In this document: one piece after another, positions 21,370-31,323 of the stretch
Layout: each line of letters opens with the position of its first letter
Numbering within the stretch: position 1 is the stretch's first letter
NCBI GenBank assembly: GCA_041740355.1
Contig: JBGSMD010000015.1
Span: forward strand, 32,001 to 96,000
Source of the DNA: Bdellovibrionota bacterium
Lineage (GTDB): Bacteria; Bdellovibrionota_C; UBA2361; CALJRW01
Direction of reading: 5' to 3'
DNA: 64,000 nt
Made by a program: the position numbers and the translations under genes
Notes under the pieces: generated by a model
Database searches by the model: none
Told to the model about the DNA's origin: nothing
What the model saw: only the letters and a program-made list of their open reading frames with translations

Positions 21370-21621
21370 TGCTTAAATTGAAAAAAGATAAAAATAATTA
21401 TTTTTCTGTTTGTGGTTATGACGAAGGGCGCAACTCACTTACTTAAAATCTTACTACTCAAGAATATAATATATACGATATTTATTGACGATAAAAGACT
21501 TTATTATACTTGTTTAGTTTCTGATATCTATTTGATACTAGGCGACATTGAAAAGTAACTTTATATAACTTGTCGCCTGCTATATGAAGCACAATGACTT
21601 AAGTGACAATTGGATCTTAAT

Positions 21622-23103
21622 TTAATAATTTATCGCCACATTCATGGATCTTTGATTATCAAAAAATTTTCTAAAATAGTTTTTATATTTTTTTAAAACA
21701 TCAAATATATTGGAAATTAATATTCCTAGCAAAGTAAGATACAAAAAATCAATCTCGAAACGATAGCGATTAAAATCGTCTGTAGATACACCTGCTGTAA
21801 TAACTGTAACGTATAAAATATTAAAAATTATGAAGCATAAAGTCAGCCAACAAATCAGATTATGGGGATCTTTTATATAAACATATAATGCTTTGATACT
21901 TCCAAATATGATTAATATGGGTAGGCCAAAAAGCAATGCCCAAGAAATATCTGAGGAGTCTGCTTTAAGTAGAAATAAACGATCATAGTGATCTGATAAT
22001 ATGCTAACAAAATTATTTTCATTAGCCTTTCTTGCATGAAAATCCTTACTAGCAGGATAAAAGTATTTTTTTGTTATTATGAAGCTCTTAAGATAAGCCA
22101 TTGGGTAGTGTTTCATTACCTCAAAAAACCCATCCATAAATGAATCAGAAATTTCTAAATATCCTAGATGATTAAAATTTTTTTTGCCCGTGCTTTTAAA
22201 CTCTTGGTCTAAAGCCGGGATACCAGTTTTAGTTAGTAACATTTCGCTTGAATATCTTGATATCTCATAATGAGGGCTGTGAAAAAAAAATGAAGGCAAA
22301 ACATTCAACTTCGATAAATTATCGCGCTCCTCTTTCGATAAAAATTTAACTACCCTAGATGGGATATTACGTCCTAGATATGAAGTGCTTGGATGTATCT
22401 TATCAAAAATGACATATTGTTTGATCGAATATAGCGTTAATATAATAAATGGCAGAATAAATGTCTGTAAAATTATCTTTCGATCGTTCTTACACAATAC
22501 TAGGAGAACTAAAAAGAAAAAACATAATATTTCCACTCTAAATGTAGCTCGAGTGAGAATTAATATTGTGAGCATAAAATAAAAGCCAAAAACATCTTTC
22601 CATTTTCTATATCTTAGAAAAACTACTAAATAGTATGCACTAGCACACAACAAAAAGGCAGCAGGATATGAATAAAAAAGCCAACTTTCATAGATTAATG
22701 TTGTTGGTGAAACAATAAAAATCACCGCCAAGCCAAGTGCTATATAGCGTTTAACGCCAATTTGCTTCATCAACTGAAAAAGATAGAGTGAGAAAAATAG
22801 ACCTAATAGGTGAAAGCTTAATTGGAAAGCAATAGCGTAATTGATGGGGAACAACTTTAAAACTAATCCTAGGTAAAGATTAAATAAAGGAGGTTGCTGA
22901 TGAAGGTAAAAGATACTGCGCAATAAATCTTCCCGTAAAAGTTTGGGGTCTAAATACTGCCAATAATAATCAATTGTTTGACTATCGAAATTAAGATTAA
23001 AGTAAATAGAATAGATAAACCGTGATAAAACAAAAATTAAAAAAATTAGAAACGTGTCTTTCTTTATTACCCTGTTATATGTCTGATGAAATAAAGTATG
23101 CAT
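21622..23103 (-). CDS. Polytopic membrane protein, GT-C-like
   Basis: About 10 TM segments; first loop WQYLD...LHQQPPLFN; C-terminal RYRF. Confidence 0.7.
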   Translation of the reverse strand: MHTLFHQTYNRVIKKDTFLIFLIFVLSRFIYSIYFNLNFDSQTIDYYWQYLDPKLLREDLLRSIFYLHQQPPLFNLYLGLVLKLFPINYAIAFQLSFHLLGLFFSLYLFQLMKQIGVKRYIALGLAVIFIVSPTTLIYESWLFYSYPAAFLLCASAYYLVVFLRYRKWKDVFGFYFMLTILILTRATFRVEILCFFFLVLLVLCKNDRKIILQTFILPFIILTLYSIKQYVIFDKIHPSTSYLGRNIPSRVVKFLSKEERDNLSKLNVLPSFFFHSPHYEISRYSSEMLLTKTGIPALDQEFKSTGKKNFNHLGYLEISDSFMDGFFEVMKHYPMAYLKSFIITKKYFYPASKDFHARKANENNFVSILSDHYDRLFLLKADSSDISWALLFGLPILIIFGSIKALYVYIKDPHNLICWLTLCFIIFNILYVTVITAGVSTDDFNRYRFEIDFLYLTLLGILISNIFDVLKKYKNYFRKFFDNQRSMNVAINY

Positions 23104-23138
23104 ATTAATCCAGGGTTGATTAAATAATAAATCCTATC

Positions 23139-23595
23139 TGAGCTTGCCCCAAATTTTCACCATTTGAGTTAATGTACAATTTGAGTTAATTTCTTAAATT
23201 CGTTGGGACCAATAGCTAATGTCAGAATGCATTCATTTTGCATTGTAGAATCTTTCTATCCACTGCCTAATACTAACAGCGGCAGATAATCTTAATTTGT
23301 ATCTGTTTCTATCAACAAGTTCAACCTATAAAGTATGGAAGAAACTTTCTGCTACTGCATTGTCATAGCAATTGCCGCTTCGACTCATACTAGGTTGAAT
23401 ACTATTTAAAATCATGACTAGCATAAATACTACCCCTGTCAGAATGATAAAATAGTTCTCTGGGTTGTTGTCTTCTCAGTAATACCATCCTAAAAACAGT
23501 AACTTCTAAAGTTGCATCATTACGATTACTAGAATAAAATCCAAAAAACTTTTTTGGGAAAATTACATCATGAGATTACTGTAATTAAACCTAAC
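23139..23595 (-). pseudogene. Decayed IS3-family element: right inverted repeat plus integrase-core remnant
   Basis: Minus strand reads ...ELFYHSDRGSIYASHDF / QPSMSRSGNCYDNAVAESFFHTL*VEL / WIERFYN with stops and frameshifts, and ends in ...TTTGGGGCAAGCTCA (IS3-type end). The 5' boundary is approximate. Confidence 0.85.
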
Positions 23596-23624
23596 CAAAA
23601 GCTTGAATGAAATATGCTTATGAA

Positions 23625-25184
23625 CTAGCCAGACCCATCAACAAATTTGAAACTAAAAACAAACAAATTCTTACTTACATCAATCCGGGAAAAGGAAATA
23701 GACTCAAGTGGCATTTCCCAAAACGTAGGGAAAAATGAACTCATCAGATAAGCATACCTTTTTCCAATAGCACTACTTCCTTCCGAATTAGCAAGTTGAT
23801 CAATACAAATCTTTACTCCTTTTTTTGTACTTAGTTGGAAAAGATCTATTTGACAGTAAAATTTGGGAATTTCTTGGTATAATTGGAAAAATTCTGGTGC
23901 AAGAAACTGATTCTTTTGGAAGAAATCTTCCATAAAAGTCGATGTAATTATTAAATCTATTGGAGGATTTTTAGCATTAATTAAATCTGATATCATACTA
24001 AAGCTTTGACTTGTAAGTCCCACCTCAAAAAAATCAGAATTTTTTATATTAAATTTTTCAGGATTGACAAACGAGATCCGAGGAGACTCCAAGTTGAAAA
24101 ACAGAGCAATCATTAAGATTAGTGAAATCAGTTTTAGTAAAATTAAATCAAACTCCACAAAACGCTTTATTGAGTAACAGATGATTATCAATAATATTAT
24201 TGAAAAAAGCGCCGTATGCCTCCCTGGGTATAGTGGGTAGAGTTCAAATTGTGCCATCAAAACGTAAGTAGTCAAAGGAATTAAAGCAAGCGCTAGGGTC
24301 CTCCACTCCTTTTTCCAAAAACTGAAAATTATACCAGAAACAAACAGGAACAAAATGACAAAGGGTGTATCGTAGGAATTGCTTAGATTCACTTGAAAAA
24401 CACGTCCAGTAGTCTTAATCAGCGATTCCATATTCAGACTCAGGTAATCTCGTATATATGCCGAACTTTCTGGCCGATAATGAGATTTCTGATAGACTAA
24501 ATAAATTTGAATTAAAAATAGACCTAGCTGAGCAATGCAAATTGATGCCCAGATCATGGCTGACTTTATCCTTCCACGATACAATAGCTGACAAAATCCA
24601 ATCAGCGAAATACTAAGAACTATCCCAATCACTCCATAATCTGTAAAGAATAGGAGGAAGCCCGAAATTAAAAACATCAAGAAATCTCTATTGCGCTCGG
24701 ATCTAATTATCGAGATCCAGTAGTAGAGATATAAAATCAAAATTATTGCTGCCAGCATATAGGGGCGGGTCCCCTGAGACGTAGAAATAAACAAATTACT
24801 GAATGTAATAATTGTAGCACCAGTGAGACCTGCAATCCTACTACTGTAAATATTTACAATAAAAAAATAGAAAGCTGGAATTAGAATAACACCTGGCAAT
24901 AAAGCAATTAATCGCGAAAGGTAGATACTATCAGAGGATCTTAAAATAACATTCAGAATTAGGTTTCTAAGCGGAGGATGCGCATCAAAATAAGAATTTA
25001 TAATAATGTTCCATGGGCTCCCTAATGACAGATCTATATGTCTGATGTCATCTAGTCCCAAACCATAATCCTTAATCCCATAAATTCTTAGGTATGAACC
25101 AAGAATAATTAAAATAGCTAGTGCGAAAATAAAAAACTTAGAACTATGTGTTCGCAGAAAACACTGGAGCATTTTAATTGTCAT
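23625..25184 (-). CDS. GT-C (GT39/ArnT-like) membrane glycosyltransferase
   Basis: LRIYGI...GLDD, DAHPPL, SQGTRPYM; multiple TM segments. Confidence 0.8.
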   Translation of the reverse strand: MTIKMLQCFLRTHSSKFFIFALAILIILGSYLRIYGIKDYGLGLDDIRHIDLSLGSPWNIIINSYFDAHPPLRNLILNVILRSSDSIYLSRLIALLPGVILIPAFYFFIVNIYSSRIAGLTGATIITFSNLFISTSQGTRPYMLAAIILILYLYYWISIIRSERNRDFLMFLISGFLLFFTDYGVIGIVLSISLIGFCQLLYRGRIKSAMIWASICIAQLGLFLIQIYLVYQKSHYRPESSAYIRDYLSLNMESLIKTTGRVFQVNLSNSYDTPFVILFLFVSGIIFSFWKKEWRTLALALIPLTTYVLMAQFELYPLYPGRHTALFSIILLIIICYSIKRFVEFDLILLKLISLILMIALFFNLESPRISFVNPEKFNIKNSDFFEVGLTSQSFSMISDLINAKNPPIDLIITSTFMEDFFQKNQFLAPEFFQLYQEIPKFYCQIDLFQLSTKKGVKICIDQLANSEGSSAIGKRYAYLMSSFFPTFWEMPLESISFSRIDVSKNLFVFSFKFVDGSG

Positions 25185-25342
25185 AACGAATCTGGAGAGT
25201 AACTAAACTGATATTAAACTTATCAAAAACAAGTTTAGTTGACTAGAACTTTAGGATGAGCATAACTAAGAATCGACACCAACAACTGACCACGATTATA
25301 TCTATCATTTAAACTTTTTCCAGTATATCTTGCGATCTATAA

Positions 25343-26251
25343 ATGAGTTACGGTTTATTAATTACAAAATTTGGAGGAAATCTGGGTGACGATATCCAAA
25401 GCTTAGCGGCCATGCGTTATCTACCCAAAATTGATTTCTATATTCATCGTGATAAAATCTCACAGGCTGTTGTTGCTCCACACACTCGCGTAATTATGAA
25501 TGGTTGGTTTATGCATAACATGCGATTTTGGCCACCACACCAAAATATAGACCCGCTATTCCTTTCCTTTCATGCTAGAATAGCCAAAGCTAGTAACAAA
25601 ATGGAGTGGCTCTCGGATCGACTCTTTGGTCCCGGTGCTGTGGGAAGTTGTTCTGATCAGAAATATGCCGAATATTATCAGCCCCATATTCCAATTGGGT
25701 GCCGCGACCAAACGACAAAAGAGGCATTCGATGCGATCGGAGTACCATCATATTTTTCAGGTTGTCTTACCTTAACCTTGCCTCAAAGCTCAAAACCTCG
25801 CACTGATGAGATTGTATTTGTTGATCCTTTTGGACCATTTCCCTTCACAAACTATCAACCTGATCTATGGTACAAAATACCAAAAGCTATCAGACGGAAT
25901 GCCACAAGACTCACTCATCTTAATTGTTCTTCAAATCTTGAAAAACGCTTTACTATTGCTCGTAATAATCTATCGATTTATCAAACTGCTTCTTTAGTCA
26001 TTACATCCAGATTACATGTCGCCTTACCATGTATAGCCTTTGGCACAGATGTAATTTTGATCTCTACTAATCACAGAGATTATCGTTTAAAAGGCTATGA
26101 AAAGTTATTACAAGCTCACTCTATTGATGATTTTTTGATAGCCTCTAGAAATGGAAGATTTAAGGAACTAATTTCAAATGCGGATCAAGGTATTCTTCAG
26201 AATTTAAAAAATAAACTTGAGGAGTCTTGCCAAAAATTTATTAGCCAATAA
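25343..26251 (+). CDS. Polysaccharide pyruvyltransferase family protein
   Basis: NLGDDIQSLAA, PIGCRD, SGCLTLTL, VITSRLHVALPC. Confidence 0.88.
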   Translation: MSYGLLITKFGGNLGDDIQSLAAMRYLPKIDFYIHRDKISQAVVAPHTRVIMNGWFMHNMRFWPPHQNIDPLFLSFHARIAKASNKMEWLSDRLFGPGAVGSCSDQKYAEYYQPHIPIGCRDQTTKEAFDAIGVPSYFSGCLTLTLPQSSKPRTDEIVFVDPFGPFPFTNYQPDLWYKIPKAIRRNATRLTHLNCSSNLEKRFTIARNNLSIYQTASLVITSRLHVALPCIAFGTDVILISTNHRDYRLKGYEKLLQAHSIDDFLIASRNGRFKELISNADQGILQNLKNKLEESCQKFISQ

Positions 26252-26403
26252 CTTTCTTACACAATTCAAATCAATATATATTAAAGAATATATTGTTTGC
26301 AATTTTTAGAGCGAGCCAATAAATTCAATTCGTTCTATAATAATTTTAACTACTATTAGATAACTAAATTTTAAATAGTAATTTTAAATATCGCCAATTA
26401 AAG

Positions 26404-27957
26404 ATGAATAATCTTCATTTAAATAATAAGGCTAATCTCCGATGTCTTAATCAAATAAGCGTATTCTGTGTATTTTTAATTTCAGCTCTTTTTCTAATCA
26501 ACATTTCAAACCTCCTCTCAAAAGGTTATGTATTAAGTGGAGACGAATTTCAATATGTTACACAAGCCGATCGCTTTTTAACAAATCAAATAGTCACTGA
26601 AAAAAAATATTACCTCCCAGAGATCGATTTCCATGCTTACAAGAACCATAATCATTTTGCCTCGAAATACCCTCCTGGTTTCTCTGCTTTTCTAGCTCTT
26701 GGTAAATTATTTGGCATAGAAACCTGGGTTAATCCCTTATTGGGAGCACTTACGGTAACATTATTTTATTGCATTTTGAGGAGATTCATGTCCCTTCAGA
26801 TGACTTTATTTTCTTCACTACTGCTACTATTAAATCCTATCTTTTGGGGCTATGCACAAAGCTACTATCCACACACACTAACGCAGGCAATTTTTCTATT
26901 AGTGATTTATCTCTTACTACACTGGATCTATAGAGAGAAATGTAATTTTTATAGTTTATTAATTTTTGCATTTTGTATTTTAGTGTTAACTCGAATCACT
27001 GATTCAATCTGCTTACTGGTTATTGTTGTAATTATATCAATAATCTTTAAAGCTTGGAAAATTTTAGCTTATTCTTTCTGCGGATTCATAATTGGTGGAT
27101 TAATCCTCCTAAACTATAATCACTTAATTTCTGGTATTTATCAGCTTAGTCTATACGGCCATAATGATTTTACATTATTAGGTCTATTAAAGGGAAAGTA
27201 TGAACTACTAAGTTATTTAACTTGGTATTTAGAAGGTTTAAAATTACGAACTGGAGATTTATTTCTCAATTGGTATATTGTCTTTAGTGGCTATATCTAT
27301 CCATTACTTGGGATATTAGGATTGGTAATTGCATTCACTAAGCTTAAGCAATACAAAATTCTTGTACTTATACTTTGCTTATCTATTATTACGATCACAG
27401 TATTTCATAGCTTTGCTCCCTATATGGGCTGGCCATTTTTTGGGGTTCGATATCAATCATTCTGGGTAATAGCATTTGGTGGATTTGTGGCATTACCAAT
27501 AATACATTTACCTTCCGGTATTATAAAAAAAATTGCTATTGTGTTTATTGTTTTTTGGCAATTATTTGTCTCTTATCAGCAATTTTCTGGATATCGCTTA
27601 AGATATCAATACCTTGATGACTTATATGGAAGTATCGCAGAATCCTGTAATGAGAACAACTTTGCAATTTATAAACGTGACTATCTCTTGTTGCCCTATA
27701 TGCTTAATTCTGAGCTTGGACGTGCCCCAATTCCTGGTTTAGAAATACCCGCCGTTCCTCTATTTAATATCCAAAATAAAAGGATAGCAGTAATAAAAGT
27801 AAGAAGTAAAAATTCGGAACGATTTAAAAACCTCAAACAATGCTTCTGGTCGCGTCAAGATACCAAGACATTTATTGCAAAATTTCATAGTGCTCAACAA
27901 TATTTTTTCGTACCTTTTAAAGGAGATAATAAATCATTTCCTCCACATAAAAAATGA
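26404..27957 (+). CDS. GT-C-like membrane glycosyltransferase
   Basis: SGDEFQY, SKYPPG, WVNPLLG; about 11 TM segments. Confidence 0.75.
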   Translation: MNNLHLNNKANLRCLNQISVFCVFLISALFLINISNLLSKGYVLSGDEFQYVTQADRFLTNQIVTEKKYYLPEIDFHAYKNHNHFASKYPPGFSAFLALGKLFGIETWVNPLLGALTVTLFYCILRRFMSLQMTLFSSLLLLLNPIFWGYAQSYYPHTLTQAIFLLVIYLLLHWIYREKCNFYSLLIFAFCILVLTRITDSICLLVIVVIISIIFKAWKILAYSFCGFIIGGLILLNYNHLISGIYQLSLYGHNDFTLLGLLKGKYELLSYLTWYLEGLKLRTGDLFLNWYIVFSGYIYPLLGILGLVIAFTKLKQYKILVLILCLSIITITVFHSFAPYMGWPFFGVRYQSFWVIAFGGFVALPIIHLPSGIIKKIAIVFIVFWQLFVSYQQFSGYRLRYQYLDDLYGSIAESCNENNFAIYKRDYLLLPYMLNSELGRAPIPGLEIPAVPLFNIQNKRIAVIKVRSKNSERFKNLKQCFWSRQDTKTFIAKFHSAQQYFFVPFKGDNKSFPPHKK

Positions 27958-27991
27958 ACAGGGATAATAATTTTCAAGCTAATTACTTGCT

Positions 27992-29719
27992 TCAGTCTCC
28001 CAGCTTTTCTAATTCCACCTTTAAGAAATCCATTAACTCACCAATATAAGTCTCACTAAAATCAAACTTAATCCCAGCAGCTTGATAGATCTGAGGAATA
28101 CTTTGCAATTGCCCTAAAGACAATGCTTTTAAGTATGCAGCTAAGCCTGATTTTTTATCTACCTTATAGTTTCTCCAAACAGCAATTGCTCCTAATTGAG
28201 CCATTCCATATTCGATATAATAAAATGGAACCTCATATAAATGTAACTGTTTCTGCCAAAGGTAATTCTTTTGATCAGCTAAGCCGTCCCAATTGGTAAT
28301 TGTATCACTAAATTCAGACAATATTCTTTCCCAATTCTGCTTACGCTCAATTAAGGAATGATTTGGATTTTCATAAATCCAATGTTGATATTTATCGATC
28401 AATGCTACCCAAGGTAGTGTGTCAATTAAACTTTCTAAGTGTTCGCGTTTGGCACGCTTTAATGTTTCTTGATCTTTAAAAAAGACATCCCAGTGATCCA
28501 TGGAAATTAATTCCATAGCCATTGAAGCTAACTCGGCAACCTCCGATGGAGTGGATTTGAAATCTTGCAATTCTAGATCCTTAGTAACAAAGCTGTGAAT
28601 AGCATGCCCGCCTTCGTGCATAAACGTAACTAAATCCCGTAACGTCGACGTGGCATTCATAAAAATAAATGGCACGCCAATTTCAGCAAGAGGATAATTA
28701 TATCCTCCAGGAGCCTTTCCTGGACGAGATTCCAAATCTAAATGACCGATTTCACGCATCGTGCCTAAACATTCACCTAAAAACGGATCTATTCTTTTAA
28801 AAACTTCAATCCCTTTGGTGGTTAAATCTTGGCCATCGGTAAACGCCTTTAAGGCCTCGCGTCCTTCTAGATCAACAATTTTATCCCATGGTCGCAACTC
28901 ACTTAATCCTAATTTCTTTTGACGATTACTAGCAAAGAAATTTAAAAGTGGCACTACTCGGGTAGAAATCGCTTGGTGAAATTTAAAACAATCATCAGGG
29001 GTATAATCAAATCGTGCTAAAGCTTTAAATTTATAATCACGGAAGTTAGCAAAGCCAGCATTTTCCGCAATCTGCTGACGAAGAGTAACTAACTTTGAAA
29101 ATAGTAAATCTAATTCTTGTCGATCCACCAACCTCCGTTCTGAAATTTGCCTATAAACGTTCTCTCTCATTTCCCTATCAAGATCCATCAATAAGACACC
29201 CGCCTGAGGCATCGTCATAGTCTTTCCATCAATCTCCACTACCATTGCCCCAATCAATTGTCCGTATTTTTGAGCTTCCGTAGTTATATCAGTAAACAGA
29301 GGAATGTTTTTATCACGAAAAATTTCAATTTCATTTTTAATATTACGAACCAAAAGATCATAGCCCGGAAATTTTGATAGCTGATCAATAAATTGGGATT
29401 CAACACATTTCTTATTTAAAGCATCTGAGTATGGGGCAATTTCTGGTTGTATCTGCTCTACGAAATATTGATAACTTTCCCGATAAGCTTTATCTTCTGT
29501 GAAACAGGTCATCTTTATGTAACGCCAGGCAAAGTCTTCAGATATTACCGACTCTAGTTCACTACGATCTTGAAACCATCTTCTTAACATTTCTAATGAT
29601 GAAATTTCTCTTGTAGTTAAAAGATCAAAATATTGTTTTAATTCAACCCAGGTTGTAATCTTAAAATCTTTTGGCAAATATTTACGTTCCGGCGTTTTAA
29701 TAGTTCTTTGGTCAGACAT
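27992..29719 (-). CDS. M3B oligoendopeptidase
   Basis: GKAPGGY, zinc motif HEGGHAIH, EVAELASM, PFYYIEY. Confidence 0.92.
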   Translation of the reverse strand: MSDQRTIKTPERKYLPKDFKITTWVELKQYFDLLTTREISSLEMLRRWFQDRSELESVISEDFAWRYIKMTCFTEDKAYRESYQYFVEQIQPEIAPYSDALNKKCVESQFIDQLSKFPGYDLLVRNIKNEIEIFRDKNIPLFTDITTEAQKYGQLIGAMVVEIDGKTMTMPQAGVLLMDLDREMRENVYRQISERRLVDRQELDLLFSKLVTLRQQIAENAGFANFRDYKFKALARFDYTPDDCFKFHQAISTRVVPLLNFFASNRQKKLGLSELRPWDKIVDLEGREALKAFTDGQDLTTKGIEVFKRIDPFLGECLGTMREIGHLDLESRPGKAPGGYNYPLAEIGVPFIFMNATSTLRDLVTFMHEGGHAIHSFVTKDLELQDFKSTPSEVAELASMAMELISMDHWDVFFKDQETLKRAKREHLESLIDTLPWVALIDKYQHWIYENPNHSLIERKQNWERILSEFSDTITNWDGLADQKNYLWQKQLHLYEVPFYYIEYGMAQLGAIAVWRNYKVDKKSGLAAYLKALSLGQLQSIPQIYQAAGIKFDFSETYIGELMDFLKVELEKLGD

Positions 29720-29756
29720 AGAAAGTTCTTAAAAATTGAATTTAGCTTTGTGGAGA

Positions 29757-29905
29757 TTATAGTTATGACAAAAACTAATATCCGAATATTCAAAAGTTAG
29801 TTTTGTGATTTTTGTCATAACCGTATGATTTTATAACGCTTGTGGGGGATAGTAAGCCCCAGCAAGTAATTCCTATTGGAAATTACTTGCTGAACTTACT
29901 ATATT
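29757..29905 (-). repeat. 149-bp double-hairpin dispersed repeat (family A), copy 3, inverted
   Basis: Reverse complement is nearly identical to 18758-18906; lies 37 bp upstream of the M3 peptidase start. Confidence 0.92.
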
Positions 29906-30097
29906 ATCAAATCTAATCACCGCAGATGCTAGCTGATTTTAATATTTTGCAAAAGCCAGCGAGATACATTAAGTGCCAAGCACTTAAGCAGACCTTAGGG
30001 GATCACGCAGGGGTAAATGTTAACTAAATAAGGACTGGCAGTCCAAAAAAAATATTTAGCTGCCCTAGAAAATATCATTCTTAAAAAACATTCAACT

Positions 30098-31030
30098 TTA
30101 TTCTTTTTGCTTTCTGGAACGCCAGCCATAATCATCTACTGGCTCAACATGAATTAAAACCTTGGTAATTTGTGGTAATTTCCCCTGAATAGTATCGACA
30201 ACATTGTGGGCAATTTCATGCCCTTTTCGGATAGAAAATTCTGGATCACAGAGGATATCTAAATCAACATAGTAGTCAAAGCCTACTTTTCGCACATAGC
30301 CCTGATCCGTTCCAAGAACATCTTCCACGGATTCTGCAATCTGGCGAATCTCAATTAAAAGTCGAGGGTCAGGTGCCGTATCGATCAATTCAAACAGTGC
30401 CGGTTTTAAAACTATGAAAGCGTTAATAGAAATAATACCAGCTGCTAATAATGCAGCAAAATCATCCGCCATTTCGTAACCTGGCCCTCCAATAATTGCA
30501 ATCGAAATTCCAATAAAAGCTGCCAGAGATGTAATCGCATCACTTCGATGATGCCAAGCATCAGATTTAACCACTAAGCTCTCCATCTCGTTTCCGACTT
30601 TAATTACATAGCGAAATAATGTTTCTTTAATAGCAATTACCGCAACTAAGACAATCAAAGTAAATGATGCCGGTGATTGATGTGGAGTATTAATTGCCTG
30701 AATACTTTCAACTGCAATCAAGATAGCTGCGGCAATTAAACTTAAAGCAACTAGAACTGAAGCTAATGGTTCAATCTTACCATGACCATAGGGATGGTTC
30801 CGATCCGCTGGTTTAACAGCAAGAATTAAGCCAAGCAAAACAATCAGAGAACTAAACACGTCTGCTAGTGATTCAATAGCATCCGCAATCAAGGCATAGG
30901 AGTTTCCAAAAATACCTGCTAATGCTTTGACAAAAGCCAGACAGGCATTTACAGCTATTCCAATGAAGGTACTTTTTATTCCAGCCTTGGTGGCAAGTTG
31001 TGCTTTTGTCTTTGTGATTGGCTGATTCAT
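30098..31030 (-). CDS. Cation diffusion facilitator (FieF-like) transporter
   Basis: ALIADAIES, HPYGHGKIE, DAWHHRSD, VLIHVEP. Confidence 0.93.
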   Translation of the reverse strand: MNQPITKTKAQLATKAGIKSTFIGIAVNACLAFVKALAGIFGNSYALIADAIESLADVFSSLIVLLGLILAVKPADRNHPYGHGKIEPLASVLVALSLIAAAILIAVESIQAINTPHQSPASFTLIVLVAVIAIKETLFRYVIKVGNEMESLVVKSDAWHHRSDAITSLAAFIGISIAIIGGPGYEMADDFAALLAAGIISINAFIVLKPALFELIDTAPDPRLLIEIRQIAESVEDVLGTDQGYVRKVGFDYYVDLDILCDPEFSIRKGHEIAHNVVDTIQGKLPQITKVLIHVEPVDDYGWRSRKQKE

Positions 31031-31065
31031 ATGAAGTTACTATACTGAAGAAAGGGACAAGTCGT

Positions 31066-31103
31066 CAAAAGTAATTTCCACAGGAAATTACTTTTTGTCA
31101 TAA
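31066..31103 (+). repeat. Partial family A repeat
   Basis: caaaagtaatttcc-aca-ggaaattactttttgtcataa joins the inner stem of hairpin 1 to the tttttgtcataa outer arm of hairpin 2. Confidence 0.6.
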
Positions 31104-31218
31104 TCATAATCATGGCGATTTTGCTTTCGATAGTAAATCTAAGACAGAATATTCGAAAAAATTTTGAAAAGCCTGTTGGCTTAACTATAATAGTTTTTTT
31201 AGGAATTTGAACTGGATA

Positions 31219-31248
31219 TCCGACACCGCTAAAGCTTTGGCGTGACAG
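31219..31248 (+). repeat. REP-like repeat family B
   Basis: tccgacaccgctaaagctttggcgtgacag. Confidence 0.55.
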
Positions 31249-31323
31249 TATTTCAAGATTTAAGGTAAAGCTCGAGTCTCAAAAAATAATTCCCCTTAGG
31301 ATAAACCTTGTTTAGATTCGCTA

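Noticed and set aside
9771-29905. Family A or B repeats as a CRISPR array
   Set aside because: Copies are kilobases apart with no repeat-spacer periodicity, and no cas genes are in the window.
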